Shown: in pieces, positions 58,741 to 64,000 of the stretch
How positions within the stretch are numbered: the stretch's first letter is position 1
Layout: each line of letters starts with the position of its first letter
Assembly: GCF_009914755.1 (NCBI RefSeq)
Contig: NC_060941.1
DNA: 64,000 bases
Source: the human T2T-CHM13v2.0 reference genome, Homo sapiens
Strand: one strand, 5' to 3'
The notes under the pieces: model-generated
Seen by the model: only the letters and a program-made list of their open reading frames with translations
Database searches by the model: none
What the model was told of the DNA's origin: nothing
Position numbers and translations under genes: made by a program

Positions 58741-59190
58741 ACTTGTCCGCCCAAATACGGCAAATGCCACCGATTTTAATCTCACCCGAAACCAACCTCA
58801 CAGGTGCTGATTCACTTTTAGGAATTAGGAATTTAGTTTTAGGAATGAAGAAATGAGGCCCAGTGAGGTACATGTACACGTGCACATGTGCATACATGCG
58901 TGTGTACTTGCCTGCCTGTGCATCCACATATATGTGCGTGTGAGCGTGTGTGGGCACAGGAAAGTCTGTGTGCACGTGTGAGTTAGGGTGGGGGGTATGT
59001 GGAGACACCAGGACCACCAACATGCATGACAACGAGAACCAGTACGCATGTGTTTGGGGGACAGCACACCCCCGCTCTGATCCTCGGTTTCCGAATCTGT
59101 TAAAAAAAAAAGGCTCCAGGCTGGACAAGCCCCAGGTCCCCTCCTTCCCGGTTCTGAAGCTCACAGGTCGCGGGTTTGCTGAGAAGGCAC

Positions 59191-59209
59191 GTGCTCCCCC
59201 TGGTGGAAG
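59191..59209 (-). promoter_or_regulatory. Candidate CTCF motif (strong)
   Basis: Reverse complement CTTCCACCAGGGGGAGCAC, in a CpG-retaining patch. Confidence 0.65.
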
Positions 59210-59529
59210 GAAACTTGTATGGCAACGCTCCCGCCAGGGCCCCGCGATGGTCAGGCTTTCTGCCGTCTTGGAAACAGACACCGACAAGCAACAGGGTTCC
59301 CATAGTGCCCGGGCACTTCGGACCCGCTGCGGGACCTTGGGCAAACTCTTTTAGCCTCAGCACCTTCCTCTGTGAAATGGAGCCAACAACAGCACATCAC
59401 AGAGCTAACAGTAAAGAAAACTGGGGCAGCCTCCTCACCCCCGTCTCTTTTCTCAGTGGTTAGTTATGCCAACGATTGTTCCAGAATCCAAACTCACACA
59501 GCAGAGAGAGGCAGCTCAGCACACGGACC

Positions 59530-59700
59530 TTGCAGCCAGTTGGCCCTGAATTCCAGCCCTGCCACTTACTAGCTGTGTGATCCTGGGCACGTGATTTCAC
59601 CGTCTTTCATTGTGGAGTTGTGAAGATTCATAAGCTAACTCTCACACGGTAGTGAGCGCAGGGCCCGGCCACTCACAGGTGCATGGTAATGTCGGTGGTA
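59530..59700 (+). mobile_element. MIR SINE
   Basis: 'cagccctgccacttactagctgtgtgatcctgggcacgtga'. Confidence 0.8.
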
Positions 59701-59709
59701 CAGGTGTCT

Positions 59710-60089
59710 TGTGGCTGTCACTGAGGTTGTTCATAATCTCCTGGCTCCTGTTCCTGCTGGAGCCACGGGGAGCTGCCCTTCCCACCCACTTAAGTTAGGC
59801 ACCATCCCGTGACTTGCTTTGCCCAACAAAATGGGAGCAGAGGGGTGTCACTTCCAGCCGAAGTTTGCAGAACCAACAGTGTGTGCAGTACCACACCCTC
59901 TCTTCCCGATATCTGGCAAGCATCGGGCAGTGGCTCTATGAGCTTGGGTCCTGAGTGAGGGCAACAGCACAGCACAACACCCTCAGGAACCAAGATGCAT
60001 ATGAGCCAGAAATCAACCCGCAATTGCTACAGATCTCTGATGTGGGGTTGTTTGTTACTGAGCATAACCTGCTGCTGCTGACTGAGACA
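59710..60089 (+). mobile_element. MLT1 (I/J-like) MaLR LTR
   Basis: 'gtgacttgctttgcccaacaaaatgggagcaga...ggggttgtttgttactg.agcataacct..ctgactgagaca'. Confidence 0.8.
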
Positions 60090-60259
60090 CTGACTCCTGC
60101 AGAGCTTCTCTGAGGAGAAAGGATTCCTTCTCATTTATCCTGACATGTACTTACTAAATAGGAATATTTATCAGTTAACGAACACACATTTCCTTTCCCC
60201 AAACCTAAACTACCAAGCAAGAGAACCACCAAAATTTGCAATTCCAAGTGCATCGTGAC

Positions 60260-60350
60260 GGAGACCAAAGCCCCAACTTGACCACTACACAGTCTGCACA
60301 TGTAACAAAATTGCACCTGTGCCCCCAAAATATGTAGGAGTTGTAAAATA
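60260..60350 (+). mobile_element. L1PB/L1MA extreme 3' fragment
   Basis: 'accactacacagtctgcacatgtaacaaaattgcacctgtgcccc'. Confidence 0.7.
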
Positions 60351-60787
60351 TACACAATGAACTGTGATATGAGCAAGAGATAGAACATAGCAGAGTGCAA
60401 AGGCATTTTTTCTCAAACACACAAAACCTTTATGGAGACGGATTTGGGGTTTCACAGTTCAGTTCCACCCGCGTAGCCGCCTGCTGCAGCACAGGGGGAA
60501 AGGGAGGCTTGGGGCACCTCTCCTACCCACACCCCAACCCCACACTTCCACCTGCACCTAACTTGCTTGTTAGAAGACAGGAGAGTCGTGGTTACAATAC
60601 ACTGGGAGGGAGATGCTGGACGAAGCAAGCCTCTCAGGGGAGACCCGGCCAGTGAGCAGCCGCAGGGAAACGCTCTCCGTTCGTGTGGTCCCTGGCGCCA
60701 CCTCGCGGCGCTGGCTGGCACTGCTGGGAGCTGGCTCCTGGTCGGCAATCTGCTCCTGCTCCTGGCCAGGGCAATAGCACACTGGAT

Positions 60788-61430
60788 GCTGAGCGGGTCA
60801 TCACACACATCGGAGCTGGTCATCAATGAACATCTGAGCCAGTCATCACATACATCGGAGCCGGTCATCAATGCACATCTGAGCCGGTCATCACACACAT
60901 GATCTGAGCCTGTCGCCACACATCGTCTGAGCCGGTCATCACGCACATCTGAGCCGGTCATCATACACATCATCTGAGCTGGTCATCACGCACATCAGAG
61001 CTGGTCATCATGCACATCAGAGCTGGTCATCATCATGCACATCATCTGAGCCAGTCATCATGCACATCTGAGCTGGTCATCACACACATCATCTGAGCCG
61101 GTCATCACGCACATCATCTGAGCCATTCATCGCACACATCAGAGATGGCCATCAATGCACATCTGAGCCGGTCATCATACACATCATCTGAGCCGGTCAC
61201 CACGCACATCGTCTGAGCCAGTCATGCACATCTGAGTCTGTCCCCGTGCACATCATCTGAACTGGTCATCACACACATCGGAGCTGGTCATCAGTGCACA
61301 TCCGAGCCCGTCATCATACACATCATCTGAGCCGGTCACTATGCACATCGTCTGAGCCAATCATCACGCACATCTGAGTTGGTCCCCGCGCACATCATCT
61401 GAATCGGTCATCACACACACATCTGAGCCC
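60788..61430. repeat. VNTR, mostly 22/25-bp units (ctgagccggtcatcacgcacat[cat]), ~27 copies
   Basis: Recurrent gagc(c/t)ggtca every ~22-25 bp. Confidence 0.97.
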
Positions 61431-62844
61431 TCGCCTGTGGGCTGAGATCTGCGAGAATGGACAGAGGGCCCAGGATGGAAAAGCATGAGGGACTCAAGGA
61501 CGACACTGTGTCCAGGTCCAGGGAGGAGCTCACCCTGCACCCTGATCACTGAGACACTCACTCCCCACAGTGCAGAGTGACCCTGAGGCCAGAGCCCAGC
61601 CAAGCCCCCATCTCCACCACTGGGGCAGGGGTCTCCAGGGCCCTCTGAGTGCAGGTGGGGTTCATCTTACCCCCTGGAAAACAGTCTGGCTTCTATGTCC
61701 ACCCTAGGCCGGCACCCTAGTGCTTGGCCAAAAATGGAGCAAGCCACGCCAGCCTCAAGGGCCTGTCCTTCTCCATCCACTCCAGGACAGGAGGCTGACA
61801 GTCAAGGCAGCACGCACAGTCCTCCCAGCGAGATGAGCAAATGAAGGACGTGAACTGGAAACAGGTCCACAGAGTAAACAAACGGCCCCCACTCTAAATG
61901 GTCTTGTCTGAAGCCTTGGACCATGCCTCTTTATCCAAGTCTCTTTGCACAGATAATTGTTCCAACACTGAAGCCTGAGCCCCCACTGACCCACACATCT
62001 CTCTCCTCAACTACCCCAGGCTCATTGGAGCCACAGCTCTGCCCCACTCCTGAGACGTCCCGGGCCCTCGCTACATGAGTGACCCAGTGAGGTAGAGGGA
62101 TATGAGAAGAGCTAGGAGAAGGGCCTGGAGACGCAACACAGGCGCTCGGGGCGTGTGCAGGTGGGACGACGCAGAGAGGCGGCAAGACGTCAGGAGGTGC
62201 CAGAAGGGTGGATGAGAACCCAGGGTTAAGTGCAGCCTTCCAGAACAGCCTTAAAGGTGGATCAGCCATCCCAGTGGTGGCCACAGCTGCTGTCATTCAG
62301 TGAGACTGATGGGGATCCAGGCCCGCAAAGCAGTGCTCTATCTGGGCCTCCCGTCAACCTTCTGCCGGAGACCAGGGATTCAAGGATCAGTGGCAAAGGG
62401 CTAGATGTTTTTGTTAGTCCCTTTGTTTCATTTGCAGCCACGATGAGCTGACACCGGACCCAGCAATGTGTGGCGGCCTCTGTGGAGAACAGCTGCAGGC
62501 TCTATCTTGAGCAAGCCTTTGGCTCCCTGCCTGGGAGGACCCCTCCTAAGGGATGGGGCATTCCACACCTGGACTGAGCACAGTGGAGCCAACCACCGCT
62601 CAGTGCCGGGAGGAACCACACTTCCTGGGGACCTGCTATGTGTCTGGCCTCGCTTAAGCTGCATCACATCTGTGAGCCACACACGGCTCCATTTGTACAG
62701 GTGACCCTCACTGAGGCCAAAGGTGTCTTTGAGACCCTCTCTCCTAAGCCAGGCTCAGCACACAAGCCAAGAGCTCTGGGCTGTGGTTTACAGTGGACAG
62801 CGAGGTTCCCTTCACACTGGATGGTGACAGCTGGCGCCCGCCTG

Positions 62845-63030
62845 GCAGTTAGTGTGTGCCGGGCACTGATCCAGGGGCTTCCAGTGGGTCATCTCCCCCA
62901 ACCCCAACGGGTGGGACTGGTGGTCTTTCGCTTTGCAGAGGAGGACGCTGAAGCACAAGGCAGAAGCGCCTTGCCCAAGGTCAACAACAGCAAGTGGCTG
63001 AGCCGTGACGTGACCAGGAGCCCATCACGT
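62845..63030 (-). mobile_element. MIR SINE
   Basis: 'tttgcagaggaggacgctgaagcac...ttgcccaaggtca..cagcaagtggctgagcc'. Confidence 0.75.
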
Positions 63031-64000
63031 CAGCCCTGGATTGAGGCTGCCTCGGTGACTCAGGAGGCTTGAGATCCCCTCCTGGCTGTGGGAGCAGAGC
63101 ATCCTGCAGAAGGGGTAGACCCTCACCTGCCAGCGGGGCTGCAGCTAGGCCATGGGGCATCCCTCACCCTTGGTCTGGGGTACAGGTGCACTAACAAGGT
63201 GCACACAAGGAGCCCCGCCTGCCACTGGTTTCCGTTCCAGGATCCGGGTCTGGTGTCATCTGGATGCTCAAGCTGCCAGGACCTGAGGATGTCTGAGCCC
63301 CTGAGTCCTTCCCCAGAACTCTGAGCATCTCAAAAGTAACAGGGCAGGGTGCAAAGCCACGTCTCCACCTGGGGCCGGAGGGCCCTGCCTCCAAAACCTG
63401 CCTCCCACCTTCTTTTGGTTACCACCTTGGCTGCCTGGACCTCCAGTGGAAGGAAAGATACCCTTTTGGATCAAATTTGGACTGGGCAGAGCCGGGGGAG
63501 AAGGGTGTGGCTGAGCTCAGAACAGAGAAGCCCAAACTTGAAGCTCCCTGTGTCTGTGCGTCTGAGATGCTGCAAAGTGACCTCTGCTGCCCACGAGGAC
63601 TCTTGCTTCTCTCCCTGCTCATCCTGGCCTTGCCCTTTAAAATGCAGCATCCTAAGGAAAAGGGGCTCCCCACTCCCTGAAATAAACCTCTGTCTTCTCC
63701 AGCACAATGATACCAGAAGAATTAAGGGTTTCTTTCCAGAAAGGGGGAAAGGACCTCCTTCCTTAATGCAAATTTTATTCTGACTCCCCCTGAGACCCCC
63801 TCCCCAGCCCTATGCCCACCCTGCTCTCTAAGTGGGAGGGCATCCTCACAGGTGCTGGCCACCCCGTCATTATCCAGAGAAAAAAGGGACCCAGACTCAG
63901 GAGGGCTGTCATTGTCCAGCTGGCCTGGGTAGGCCCACCTGCTGCTCGGAGGGATGAAAGCTGTCCCCCTCGGGCCCCAGGCTGTGGGCAGGACCAGCTA

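Overview
Primate (human-like) nuclear genomic DNA, GC-rich and apparently entirely intronic or intergenic. I recognise no protein-coding exon, RNA gene or CRISPR array, and I cannot name the locus. The supplied ORFs are explained by Alu, L1 or simple-repeat sequence, or by chance in GC-rich DNA. The only protein-like remnant is a degraded L1 ORF2 piece. Repeats: about 20 Alus (17 in the first 27.3 kb, only 3 after), antisense L1M fragments, L2 and MIR relics, MST/MLT1/LTR33-type LTRs, hAT MITEs (MER5, MER33, MER53, MER63, MER81), microsatellites and several minisatellites. Most notable: (i) AT-rich, motif-dense non-repeat islands that look like developmental enhancers, several in a ~13.8-kb Alu-free stretch; (ii) a ~28-bp VNTR that appears to have been amplified from a MIR core; (iii) two co-oriented CTCF motifs; (iv) local dispersed duplications. 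Repeat names come from recalled consensus sequences, subfamily calls are approximate, and boundaries of old repeats are good to about 20-50 bp. I see no convincing evidence of a novel biological system; the findings are hypotheses.
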